A DNA stretch of 64,000 nt from Lama guanicoe (lineage: Eukaryota). A program made the translations under genes and the position numbers. Of this stretch, positions 1 through 12,181 are shown piece by piece (position 1 is the stretch's first letter; each line of letters begins with the position of its first letter). The notes under the pieces are model-generated. The model was not told the DNA's origin. It made no database searches and saw only the letters and a list, made by a program, of their open reading frames with translations. The stretch lies in contig MU054212.1 of assembly GCA_013239625.1 (NCBI GenBank), positions 3,286,001 to 3,350,000 of the forward strand, written 5' to 3'.

Positions 1-654
1 ACGGAAGCAACTTTCTCCCAAAAGGTATGTTATTTTGAAACCTGTGATTTATTTTGGGCAGCTTAGCTTGAAGCATCTTTTCTTAAATTCACCTCATTTT
101 ATTCTCTATTATTTATCCCAGATATCTGAATCTACATGTAGACGATCTACTAAGTAAATGATGGAGTGTGTTATTCCAATAAAAGTGGTGGTTATTCCAA
201 TAAATGACTGGTGTGTATTTTCAAACAAAGACAAAACTATAAAAACGCCTTCAAGTTAATGAGAGTGACTTGTAACAAATTACATTTAAAAAAACAGCCT
301 TGGAGGGGTATGAGTTTTTGGGGTGTGTTCCTTTGCAGAATTGAATAAAAGTGGACTCGACTAATGTTATCCTTTCTTCTTCTGACAAATAGTGACTTCC
401 GCTGGGAGATGATGATCACCATAGCTGCCTACCCTCCTGACCCCTCCCCCACCCCCAAACCCTGACATTCACGTGGTGCTCCTGGCCTGCCTCTGGGTAG
501 TAGGACTGGGCGGTTTGCGTCCTGATGTTGGGATTCTACTTGTAAGAAACACAGTTGCTCTTTTCTGTTCCTAGCTTTGCATAAGCAACAATTTTTACGC
601 TCTGTTTTTTAATGTATTATTGAGTTTGGAAGAGAGCATAACAATACATAAGAT

Positions 655-986
655 TTAATATATATATTAAGTCTTAATATAAGGTAAGTAATGTTAATAC
701 ACAATACTGTATAATTTATACATAATTATATAAGTGTATGTTATAGTTATTACAATATAATTATATAACTATATATAATTATATAACTATATAAAACTAT
801 ATAACTATAACATAGTTATATAACCATAACAGTTATATAATTATACATTTTTATATAAAATAGTCATAAGTGTATATTTCATATAAAATATAATTATATA
901 TTACATCTTTTATGTAATATATAATTATATAAATGTTATATATAATACTATCTAACATCTATGTAAATCTTATATATTTATAAACT
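655..986. repeat. AT-rich degenerate (TA)n / TATAAC low-complexity block
   Basis: Nearly all A/T with recurring tatataac / gttatata units. Confidence 0.9.
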
Positions 987-2341
987 GAGAACATAGCAAT
1001 ATATAAGATGTGACAGCTATAACGGAGTCACTGAATAGCAGTAATAAAAATAATGCTTTAAAGAAAACGTTCCTCACCATGTTTTTCCTTTTTTTTTTTC
1101 AATTTTTAAAAGCTAGGAAGTACAGACCATAGATCACGGATAAATAAAAGTGAAGTGCCCCCAAACTGGTGCAGCAGTTGCCTCTCTGACTAGCACGTGT
1201 TGCAGCTCTTGTGAGAGGTGCTTTTTTTTGCTGATACATTTTATTAGTTGCAAGAAGCTTCACTGGGTGACATAGTTGTCATAGTCATTTTACAAACTTG
1301 TCCAACCAGCTAGCAAATATACTAAATCTCCACTATTTTACAAATGGAAACAATGCGTGTACGCACGTGCGCACACACACACACAGGGAAATCCTTATTT
1401 CCGGAAGGATATCAAAGAAAGGATAAGACAAACTCCAGGCTGCCAGCCGGTCTTATTCAATCATTCATTCTCAGCTTCTGATTCAGTGTTGAGAAAATAC
1501 ATTCATTCCATCTGACTCCAAATGGTCTGAAATTCTTACAAATTTACATCATTTATCCTTTTTCAGGTAAAATTCGTAAGAACACAGATTACCGGCCCAC
1601 GACAACATGTAAAACTTGGCCATATCAGGAATACTTTTTTTGTTTCCAGCAACACCTAAACATCTCATTTACTAGGCATCAGTTACATACAATGATCTAC
1701 CTCCTCCACAGTCATACATATGCCCACAAGTGCAAAACTTCTAATGATCCTGTCAGAGTTGGAAAACACTGTTCTCAAGTGCAGTGTGAGAAGGACTAAA
1801 ATTAATTACAAAACATCTAAATATTTAAAGATCTGCCATATTTAGGGATTTCCTAGGGCACCTAAAAGACAGTCATGGATGCCTGAATCCAAGGGGCAAA
1901 TCATAAAATTCCAGGAGATCAAACAATTTTAACACATGTGCCAATGCCAGGCCCCTTTGACCCAGGTCCTGATAAAGATGTGAAGTCCACAGAGCTGCAA
2001 CCCGAGAAGCCACCGGGGCCGTCCTGCCATGGTAACATCATTTACCGTGTCATTACCACTGTCACTGTGTCCTCAACCTCAAAGCATGCGTGTCCAGGTG
2101 ATAAATTATTGAATCTGACATTTCTCGACATTCATGAAGCACTCTGGCAGAAGGACTCAGCTCCCTTAACTAATTGTGCAGTTTCAAGACAACAGGCTCT
2201 ACTGGGAAAGGATTAAATTCCTGAGAGTTTAGTGAAATGACATAATTAGAAGTTTTAGGCTCTTTCTGATATGGGACAACCCCAGAAGCAGTAGCAGTAA
2301 TCATCCTATTTAATTTTATAAGGGGCCAATTTGTTTTTAAT

Positions 2342-2343
<2 letters not shown>

Positions 2344-2377
<34 letters not shown>
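2344..2377 (+). repeat. (GT)17 microsatellite
   Basis: Directly visible. Confidence 0.98.
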
Positions 2378-2381
<4 letters not shown>

Positions 2382-5300
2382 CTGGTTCGCTTCAGTGGGC
2401 TTGGCTTCTCCTAGGCCTCTAAGGTTTCATTTGAAAATGATTTTCAAAAGGGAAAAGTCTCCAGAATGCTTGGAATGCTTTGCTACCTGACCAGTACATG
2501 AACCCTGGGACAGGCGTCGGTCAGTGCGGCGACTAAGAGCCCGCATGCCATGCCCAGGAGGTCAGAATGAACAAACACGGTCCCCCAGCCAGCAGTCCCG
2601 TCCCAACTCCTGGCTCAAGCCAGTTAGGTTTTTGTCTGTGTTTAGCAGAACAAGCCCAGAACAGACATCCTGTCTGCAGTTAACGCAAGGGGCTCCATGC
2701 TTTCCTCCCCATGACCTTGGAGTCTTGCAAATGTGATTCTGTTGAGGATGTGAGCTTCGAGTGCCATGCGTCACTCTTTCATCCACGATCAGGCCAGTAA
2801 GGTGCTTGACACAGAACTTTGTACAGAGGTTGCTCCATATTTTCTGCACACAGTGGGAAAGGAGGTGAGAGAGTGGTTTTCCACTCTATCTTTACTGATG
2901 TTCAGAATCCATCACATTGACAGAAGCAAGAGGAGTTACTGCCATTTTAATCATAACATGGATGGGAATCAAGGAAAATTCTAAATGGCTAAAATTCTGA
3001 TCGGTAGACTTGAAATGCTCTTAGAATGCTTTAAGTTAGCCACTAAATAAATACACAGACTCCAATATACTTGTATACATTTGACCACACAGTTTTTTTC
3101 TTTTCTGTATGCTCACTTAATTGCTGCCCAAATAGTATATATGTTTTGGTAAGAAGGAAAAATACCTTCCTTATCTGCATCTTCCACAGCACTCAGCACA
3201 GTGCCCAACAAATCCTCATTAAATGAGTCTTGAAAACAAAAACTCCATTCATCATAGATAATGTTGTGGATAGTGGGAAGGGAGCCTTGGTTTGGAGATT
3301 TTTATTGCAACAAAGAAATAAACTTCTTTGGGGAAAGTGGGGAGTGATAAAGTGATTACATCTCTACCAGTTCTGTATATTTTTCAGTCCACATGACTGA
3401 AATGTAATACGGAAGAAAAATGGGTAACTTGCTAAAAAACAAATAAGCAAATAATGTATCTTGTTCGTATAAAGACAGGACACAATACAACGTGGTAGAA
3501 AGAATTCATTATTTGGTCCGTTATTGTTTCTACAAGAGAGAAACAGGGCCCTCAAGTGTGGGGTGCAGATCAGGGGCACCAGAGTCTGGTACTCCGGAGG
3601 TGTTAAGTGACTTCCTTGAAGCTGTCACATAACAGGTGACAGAGTGGAGATTCAAGCCTCATCGAGCTGGCCCTAGAGCCAGAGCTTCCTGCACTGTCTC
3701 CACCCTCTGGTTATCTCTGTTGGACAGCTCAAACAGGAAGTCAGACTGCGGCCTTCTTTGACCTCTTGGAACATACACATTGGGTGACACAAAGCTAAGT
3801 AACTGGCGACGGGTATGGCTTAGAACTGTCATTAAAATATGAAAGAGGATTTCCCTGGGTGAGAAAGGTCTCTGAGAAGAAAAGGCAGAAGATCCCTGGG
3901 GGAATACAGTGTATGATGATTGCAAGAACAGGAGAGTGGTCTCGAAAGGGAGGTAGCGGCTACACCTTGAATTGTACTAAAACTTGTCTGTAGAGTTTGA
4001 GTACAATTCTCCAGGCAATGGACAGTTACTGGAGTTTCAGCTCGAGGTATGATGCGGACTTATTGTAGGAAGACAATCTTTGCAATTGTACCAAAATTAG
4101 ACTAAGAAAGAACAGATCTGCTCAGAGTCCCTTGGCTATGGTTGCTGTTTTGGTTCACTGTATAGCACTGCTGCATGGGTACCATCTTGTCCCCTGGTTT
4201 CATTTATAAACAGCCCAGAAGACTCATGCTGAGAATCTTCTCAGGTCTCCTTGTTTATGAGTCAGTTTTGTCAGTTAAATGCGCTCTAAAATTACACAAG
4301 AAGGGAGCTACAACAGGTACCGCATGTGTATGGTGGACACGCAGGTTTCAGTAATGAACTGGAGCTGGTATGGAAAGGCAGAAAATTTTCAGAAATTCAG
4401 TGCGTTTCTTAACCACGTGTCTGTTACTGCTCCGGACTGTGGCTGGTCCTCAGCCCCGACTCCTCATCGCGCAGATGAGGAGGAAGAATGGCTCCCTTGG
4501 TATCTTTGAGGAAATTCCACAAAGACAGTCATAGTTTTGCTGCTGTCATTTCAGTGTAAACTTCCCCTGAGTTGATAAACATCTCCGGATCACTATTCTA
4601 ATGGCATGTTTCTCCCTCCTAATAAGCTGCGTTTGGGGGACAGGAGTCTGGATGAAGGGTGATTGTGGGCAAAAAACACAGCATACTGCGCAGATTCCCA
4701 ACAACTTGCATTCCTGCCCTATGTTGTAGTACCTTCAAATCTCAAACCCATTTATTATTCAGGGCTTGTCTCTTGGTCCCCTGTCAATTTCCCCAGTTCC
4801 TCGGAAATTGAAGTCTTCCATCACGCTTAGCAGTTCTCTCTGAAATTTCCTGATGTCAACCAGCCACTCACCAAACACCGACCAATCACCTCTTCTGTTA
4901 ACTTCCTCTACTTGTTTCCTGGAAAACCCACCAATGATTCTTTACTAGACCTGTATGAGTCTCTTGTAATTGTGTTCCACCTGTCCATTTGCATTTCCCC
5001 TCATAGCTATGGCTTTAGCTACTTTTCAAACACATGGATGAGTGGGCTGCTGAGACTCAGAACTGCCTGGTTTTGGTTTTTTATCATCAGTTAAGTCAAG
5101 TTCTTTACAACTTTTGAATATAAAATGATGCAAACAGGTATATTTATAGACATAAGCACATTAGCTTTTTTCTAGGTTGGGTAAGTAAATTCTATGTGAA
5201 TAACATTAAATGATGTTTCACTTAGACAGATAGTTTTGTCTGATAAATACAGACAATCCCTTTAAGAGACCAAGAGTTTGGATTAGACATTTATACATTT

Positions 5301-5604
5301 ACACATTTACAGATACTGGGATATAGATCAGGGAAAGGAAAAATGAAAAGAAAAAAATGCATCTAAATAGAAATATCAGTTTTTTCCATTCCAAAAAATT
5401 CTTTTTCAGGATAATGATATTTCTTTTCTTTTCTTTTTTTTAAACGAAGAAATATCTGAATAATTTGGGAAAAGTTGAAAGGAGAGGAAGGAGTGATGGC
5501 AAGTGTAGAAAAAAATTACACTCTATTATCACCTCTTATCCTACCAAACAAAAAAAAAATCACTGTTGATTATAAACACAATGTACCATAAACCTACTAT
5601 CCTT

Positions 5605-5741
5605 GAGGGAGGGTATAGCTCAGGTGGTAGAGCGCATGCTTAGCATGCAGGAGGTCCTGGGCTCAATTCCTAGGACCTCCTCTAAACATAAAGAAATAAA
5701 TAAACCTAATTACCTCCCACTCACCCCCAATTTTATTTTAA
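5605..5741 (+). mobile_element. tRNA-Ala-derived SINE (camelid vic-1-like), copy 1
   Basis: tRNA-like head GGGTATAGCTCAGGTGGTAGAGCGCATGCTTAGCATGCAGGAGGTCCTGGG, shared body AAATAAACCTAATTACCTCC, degenerate TSD aaacctactatcctt / aaagctacaatactt (12 of 15 match). Confidence 0.9.
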
Positions 5742-7269
5742 AAAGCTACAATACTTATTAATGCATTTCATATTGGGATATATAAATTATTTTTTCCAAT
5801 TCTGGTCTTTATCAAGTCCAAGGGGACAGGAGCTTTATTTTTCCCAGAAATTTTTAAATTAAAATATCTTTATTCTATGTCCTCACTACACAGGACAGTC
5901 ATATCTTGCATTCATTGATGACAAAATATCATATAATTCTCAGGGTAATTAAGGGATAATTACAGGATGAGGAGGTCAGAAGCCTTGAGCTGTATTCAAA
6001 ATAAAATGCCAGTAGTGTTTCTAGCAAATCCCACTACCCAGCAAGGTTTACGCAGCAAATGAACAGAACATGTTAAACCAAATAATACTGCAGCATCAAG
6101 AATTTGCGCCCACAACAGGGATGGCCTCTGGACACCCCTGGGAGCTGGATCTCATTAAGTCAGTCCTTAATCAAGGCACAGCCACCTTTTTTTCTCCTGC
6201 AAACCCACGGGACACAGCCTACTCGTTCCTGGGATTTGATGTCGTATTTACTCTAGCAAGTGACATTTGTTCCTGGTGTAAAGGAGCTGGGTTATTTTAA
6301 ATTTTGCTAAGAAATTGCTCATTTTTGCCTTGGATTTAGACAGCAAAATACTGAGTGATTTATCTCCCGTCTTGAACCCAGATAAGAACGGGCATGTGGC
6401 CACAGTTGAAGGCCAGGCAAAGCCGCTGACCAATCCAACTGAGATCTGTGTTTCATCTAACTGTTTGGGCCCAAGCTAGCCCTGACAGCTTGTGTATTCC
6501 AAGGGAGCATGCAGCCATGGGGTGGGGGCCGGTTTCTCCAGAGCCAGACTCTAATTGGTGCCGACGCCAGCTGCCTGATTTCCATCACCTTCCATCTGAA
6601 TCAGTTCATCATCGCCACTTCATTTGTCTGCCAGCGGCTCCCGGTGAATTTCAAAATTGATTTTGACAACTTTTGTTTTTAACCTCAAGGCGCTGCCCGG
6701 GTTCACCTAGGTGAGTTTGACAATTTGATGTTTCTCTTCATAATCAGGGAAGGTTCAGGGCCAGAGCCAGCCTCTGAGCCCTGGGCACTTTTGAGAGAAC
6801 TTGTGTCTCCTTGCCTTACTCATTAGCAGGACCGGGAGCTCCTGGCTGAGGAGAGAAATGGGGAAGTCTAATTTTCTTTATTTAGGTGTAAGCAGAGTTG
6901 AGTAATTTATTACCAGGGTGGTCTAAGAGGCAGATGGAGAAAGACAGAGCTTTTGCCTTGGGGTTTAAACACATTAAAATAAATCCTATTGCAACAGTGT
7001 AAATGTTTATTGTAGAGTTCCTCGCCAGAATTTTACAGCCTAGTTCTTGGTTTGGACTGTTTCGTTTCTGCCACCTTGATACAAGTTCTGTTTTGCTAAT
7101 TTGCTTCTGGCCTTTGCCTCCTTGCTTTCTCTGACTTCTAGGTTCTACTGTTTCCTCTTGCTTTGCACTGTGTGTCCAACATGTCCTCCTGTTTGCAAGT
7201 AATGGGCATTATTTTCCTGCCTGAAATCTTTCTGTTCCCTTTATAGGTTTCAGGTTCTCTGACATTTCT

Positions 7270-7700
7270 ATACTAATTGGGATCTTTTGGGCTATAATGA
7301 AAAGAAATTTCCAACTCCAACTGGCTAAAACAATAAAGATATTTATTTTCTCACATCACTGGAAGCTCAGACCCCAGGCTAGGGACCATCTGGGCCACAT
7401 GTCATCATGGACTCAAATTTCTTCCAGTTTCCTGCACGGGCCACCTCAGCCTTAGAGTCCTGATGAGGCGTGTTCCCTCATGGTCACAGATGGTCATGGG
7501 GTGGCCTCTGCTGTTTCTAGGTTGCATATCTAGAAACAGAATGTCTCTGGGGAAAAGGAGGGGGATGGGGTGAAGGGCGGGGCATCGTTCATTCCCCAGT
7601 TAGGTATGTCAGGTCTTCCGGCAGACATCCATTTGTGTTTCGGGGGCTAAATTTGGATTATACGCCCATTCCATCAGCTAGGGCAATGGTGACCTTAGAC
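7270..7700 (-). mobile_element. Old MaLR LTR (MLT1J/K-like)
   Basis: ccaactccaactggctaaaacaataaagatatttattttctcacat...ctcatggtcacagatgg. Confidence 0.55.
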
Positions 7701-7887
7701 CAGTGGTTCTCAAAGTGCAGTTACAGGCCGGCAGCATCAGCATCACCTGGGGATGTGTGAGGAACGCCCGTTTGCAAGCCCCAACTGAGATACGCAGACT
7801 CGGAAACACAGAGGCTGGGATCCGGCAATCTGCGCTTTAACAAATGCTTCAGTGATTCTGATTCAAGTTCAAGATCGATGTCTACTA
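7701..7887. mobile_element. MER5A-like hAT-Charlie DNA transposon
   Basis: cagtggttctcaaagtg...gcagcatcagcatcacctggg...gcaatctgcgctttaacaa...gtgattctgat. Confidence 0.85.
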
Positions 7888-7989
7888 ATCACCTGGGGCA
7901 GAGTGGATTTAGGAGTCTACTGCTATGACCTCTCCAATATCTCTTGTGGAAGAGGCCTGAGTTCCCGAAGTCATTCTTCTTTAAATACC

Positions 7990-8250
7990 GGTGTGTAGTC
8001 AGGATATAAATTTTGCATTTCTACTGTTAAACTTATCCCTGATTATATGTTCTATTCTTTCTAACACTACTATAAATGGGATTCTTAATTCCACTTCCAA
8101 TTGTTCACTGCATGTACAGCAATACAAATTACTTCTGTGTATTGATTGTCTCCTGCAACCTTGCCAAACTCACTTATTAATTTTTTGGTAGATTTCCATA
8201 TTTAAGATTATGTCATCTGTCAACAGAGATATTTTTTCTTTCTTTTTCAT
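7990..8250 (-). mobile_element. Antisense L1 ORF2 fragment
   Basis: tcctgcaaccttgccaaactcacttattaattt...gtagatt...attatgtcatctgtcaacagagat (reverse of the ADDMI-type RT region). Confidence 0.75.
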
Positions 8251-8409
8251 CCGGATACCAGACTCCACTTTCCACCAAACATTTCAGATCCAATTCTGAA
8301 GACTCTTTTATTAAATGACCACAGGATAAGGAACATAACCAAGTAACATATGAAAAGCGTACGCTATTTTTAAATCACTTGGATATTTAGGATAGGCAAC
8401 ATTTTATCT

Positions 8410-8600
8410 ACCCTACATCAGGCCTTGGGCTAAGTGCTTCCTATAGTATTTAATATGTTTACACCAGCTTTGAAAGTAAGTATGAATGACCCCTTTTATG
8501 GATGAGAAGACAGAGGCTCGGAGGGCTCAACACTGGGGAGTCGGAAATCTGCAGACAAAGTGGGGATCTGAACCTGGGCTGTCTGACTTCAAAGCTAGAC
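8410..8600 (-). mobile_element. MIR SINE
   Basis: ttttatggatgagaagacagaggctc...ggatctgaacctgggctgtctgacttcaaagc. Confidence 0.75.
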
Positions 8601-9834
8601 TTAAAAACTCTTTCCAAGTAAGAAACTCAACTACTTTAGAAAGAGATTTAATTAACAGGAAACAAAATAATAGCAACACCCTGGAGATCTGCGGTTGGCT
8701 CTGGAGAGAGCAGCCCGCCTGCTCCCCAGGGCCTCTGCAGCTGTGCGCACCTGCAGTCCCCACCGGACTCCCTGCTGGCCGCTGTCTCAGGCCATCTCTG
8801 CCACCGGACTGCTTTCACTCACATTGAAGCAGCCCTCAGCTCTTCCCAGGCAGCCCTCAGTCTTGTGAGAATGGCCACTATTCCTTCTGGCCTCTCCTTC
8901 CCCCACCGCCCACTCCACCCACAGCAACATCTGCTGGCTCAACCATTATATGGTTTTCAAGTGTAATGAAGAAGTTAGTGATTTCTGTTCGACTATCAAT
9001 GAAGTTGATTCAGAGTTACGATTTGTATGCATTTAAGTGAAGAAGATGCATTTATTTTGATCGAGCAGTTTCCTTTTATTTTTTTTTAAAATTTTGGAAC
9101 CCAAAACTACTCCTGTCAGCAAACATTTTCACGAGTTCTTGGACAGATCACAGACTCTGGGTATGGGGCTGATGAGAGCTGCCTTTGGTTAAAACCATTT
9201 TCTCGCCCCTTGGACCCAGTATTTCTAAATGACTGACCCACCCAACCAATACCTATCTTCTCGTTTTAATTTATAATGTGCACCCATAACCCCACGGAAC
9301 TGATGGGAACAAATACAAAGGACTTGCTTTCTGCTAAGTCATTCAGCCACATTATAGAGAAAGATATAGCATCCATTGGACTTTCAGAAAATTTGAACAT
9401 CATTTAAGAGCTCCTAGTGGTCTGAGCGTCTGGGATATGGGGACCTCACTGTGGGGACTGCTGGATGGCTGTTACTAAGTCTTTTTTCAATTGTAACATT
9501 TTGTGGGAAAAGACAGAACAAAACACTCTCAAGAACATTACAGCCTCTTCAGTGAACTTTGCTCTTGTTTCTCTAGCTAATGGCCCGGTTACTTGCCCTT
9601 TCCAGTGGGTCCCGAGCTATTTTCACAGCTTAAGGCTCCGTTTACTTTAAGCCTATACCTGGACTGCAGGTGATAATTACCCCCCTACCAGTTTTTTGCC
9701 GCTTTCTCTCTAAGCCTTTTCTATGGCTTCTTCACTTCTTTCTCTTTTGAGAAATTCCATCTAGGGGGATGTCTCCTTAAGGACTTACTCCAGGCACCAA
9801 CCGTTTTTTTTTTTTAAAGGAGACTCCCTTCAGA

Positions 9835-10200
9835 CTCATTCAACAGAGAATTACCAAATATTCAGTATGTATGAACAGGAACAGTACAGCATGCTGAGAA
9901 TACAGCAGTAAATCCAATGCAGTCACTCATTTATAGTTTAATGGGCGAGATCAGTATTAGACTATCCAACAGTCGCACAGGTAAATTAACAATTACCAAT
10001 TATGGTAACTGCTATGAAGGAAAGGTACAAGGTACTGATAGAGAGCATATCCAAGGAACCTGACAGAGAAGGGTCAATCAGGGAAGACCTTAAGGAGGTG
10101 GTGATATTAAACCTGAGATCTTAAGTGTAAGTAGTAGTTATGTGCGCAGATGGGCAGGACTATTCCAAACAGAAGAAAGAGCCTTTAGAATCATCCTGAG
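9835..10200 (-). mobile_element. L2 3' fragment
   Basis: ctcattcaaca...gctatgaaggaaaggtacaagg...tcagggaagacctt...aacctgagatct...attccaaacaga. Confidence 0.7.
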
Positions 10201-10545
10201 GTTTAAGTTTTACATTTCACACTAATAAGGACATTTGTTAGCCAAAGATAAAGCACGTTCTTCCACTCTGGCTGAAACAGACAAAGAGGAAACAGATGCC
10301 TCTATTAAGAGCGCATTTGGGAAACGAGTAAAGAAAGCTGTGATTGGAGAAGAGATCAGAGTGTGCTCCCTCTCAGCCTCCTCCAGGATGCTCTTCTCCT
10401 GATATAACAGGGCCAGAGGTTCATGACCAGGTTGCCACAGATGACTGCAAATGCATTATGCTTCCGTTTGCTCTCTTCTACAGCTAATCTCAGAGAGAAA
10501 CTCCTCCAGCCCTCCGCCATTCTGTGTCCCTCTTGCTCTCAGGGT

Positions 10546-10727
10546 CAGTGGCTCCTGAGCCTGGTTACTCAGCAGAATCTCTTTGGCTGCTAAAATCTGT
10601 AAGGCTTCCCAACCAATTCCAGAACTACTGAATTGGGGTGTCCCAGGGTGAGACTCCGGTAATCCACATAAAAAAAAAAAAAAGCTTCTCAGGTGCTTAT
10701 AATTTGAAAAAGGATTGAGAAACTCTG
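10546..10727. mobile_element. MER5B-like DNA transposon
   Basis: cagtggctcctgagcctgg...cagaatc...ctactgaat...aagcttctcaggtg...ttgagaaactctg. Confidence 0.6.
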
Positions 10728-10734
10728 TTATACT

Positions 10735-10835
10735 CCCAGCTGTGTGCCCCTGGGCAAGTTACTTACCCTCTCTGTGACTCCACGGCAAACTGAGAACCAC
10801 AATGGTTCTATTTATGGGGTTGTTATGAGTATAAA
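10735..10835 (+). mobile_element. MIR fragment
   Basis: agctgtgtgcccctgggcaagttacttaccctctctgtg. Confidence 0.7.
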
Positions 10836-11593
10836 AAAAAAGTAGAGAATCCTGACTTCATGGAGCATATCTGGGTAGGAAACACAGTCATCGAAGGAAA
10901 TGCCAGTCCCAGGGACTTGCACCTCAGGACCGCCCTGCAGATAGGAATTCCACTGAGTCGCCTCTGGTGGTGATTTCTGAGGTCACTTTAAAGGCTGGGC
11001 AGCTGCCACAGAGCTGAATGGGGCAACATGAGTATCAGCTGGTTTTAAAACCTGCCTTCCTGCCTTCTTTGACAGTAATGCCTCTATGTTCTCCACCTCC
11101 CTCACCGGCCCAAAGCTGTCAACTATCAGGCCGTACTTTCTGTGAGACCATAAGGGAAGGTCTGCAACCCAGGCTGGCCAGTCGGAACAGTTACCTCCAT
11201 GGGAACAGCCACGGTAGCAGAGGACGGCAGCAGGATGGAGCAGAGTCCGTTTCCGGTAACTGACATGGGCACCAGGGAAGGCAGAGGTCTCTTCTTTGTA
11301 ATTGCTATCAATAAAGATGATGCAAGTCTGGAATTTCCCGTCTTCGCCATCAAATGCAGGCACCCGCTGTGGACGCAGCTGTCCAGAGGAAAGCAAGGCC
11401 AAGAGAGGAAGCCAGAGACTGGGGGGGGGGTCCTAGTAACGACATTGCTGGACACTGGATCGCGCTGCTTCTGAAACCACCGTGGACTCCCCAGGCCTGG
11501 GCAGAGACTACGGAAGTCTCCTGTGGAATGTGTCTATTTATTTGTTAGTTTAACTCACATGGAGATGGATTTTTGCCCCCCTAAACTCAGAGT

Positions 11594-12181
11594 CCCTAAT
11601 TTGAAAAGACATATGCACCCCAGTGTTCATAGAAGCACTATTTACAATAGCCAAGACATGGAAGCAAACTAAATGTCCATCAACAGATGACTGGTAAAGC
11701 AAATGTGAGATACACATATATATGAATATTACTCAGCCATTAAAAAGAATGAAATAATGCCATCTGCAGCAACATGAATGGACCTAGAGACTACCAAAGT
11801 AAGGGAAGTAAGCCAGAAAGGGAAAGAAAAATACCATATATTATCACTTACATGTTGAATCTTAAAAACAAAAAAAAGGACATAAATGAACTGACTTACA
11901 AAACAGAGACAGACTCACAGACATAGAAACCAAACTTATGGCTACCAGGGTTGTGGGAAGGGATAAATTAGGAGTTCAGGATTTGAAGATACAAACTACT
12001 ATATATAAAATACACAAACAACAAGGTCCTATGGTATAACACAGGGAATATTCAGTACCTTGTAATGACCTGTAATGACAAAGAATACATGTGTATATAG
12101 TATTTATATAAATGAATCACTATGCTGTACACCAGGAATTAACACAACACTGTCCTAAATCGACTATACTTAAAAAAAAAA
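11594..12181 (+). mobile_element. 5'-truncated LINE-1 (end of ORF2, 3'UTR and poly-A)
   Basis: Canonical L1 3' motifs gcactatttacaatagccaagacatggaagcaa, aaatgtccatcaacagatga, cagccattaaaaagaatgaaataatgcc, ending in an A tail; weak TSD aaactcaga / aaacccaga. Confidence 0.92.

Noticed and set aside
155..224. Short direct repeats (GTTATTCCAATAAA at 170-183 and 191-204), superficially repeat-spacer-like
   Set aside because: Only two copies with a 7-nt gap in mammalian DNA; a local slippage duplication, not CRISPR.
1553..1572. + strand AG|GT junction motifs (also at about 5175 and 34337)
   Set aside because: Antisense to CHST9, one lies in an MLT1 LTR, and a few such motifs are expected by chance in 64 kb.
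5605..5680. Apparent tRNA-Ala(AGC) gene (also at about 38303, 55489 and 61610)
   Set aside because: All four share a non-tRNA 3' body, A-rich tail and target-site duplications and have damaged stems or boxes, so they are SINEs.
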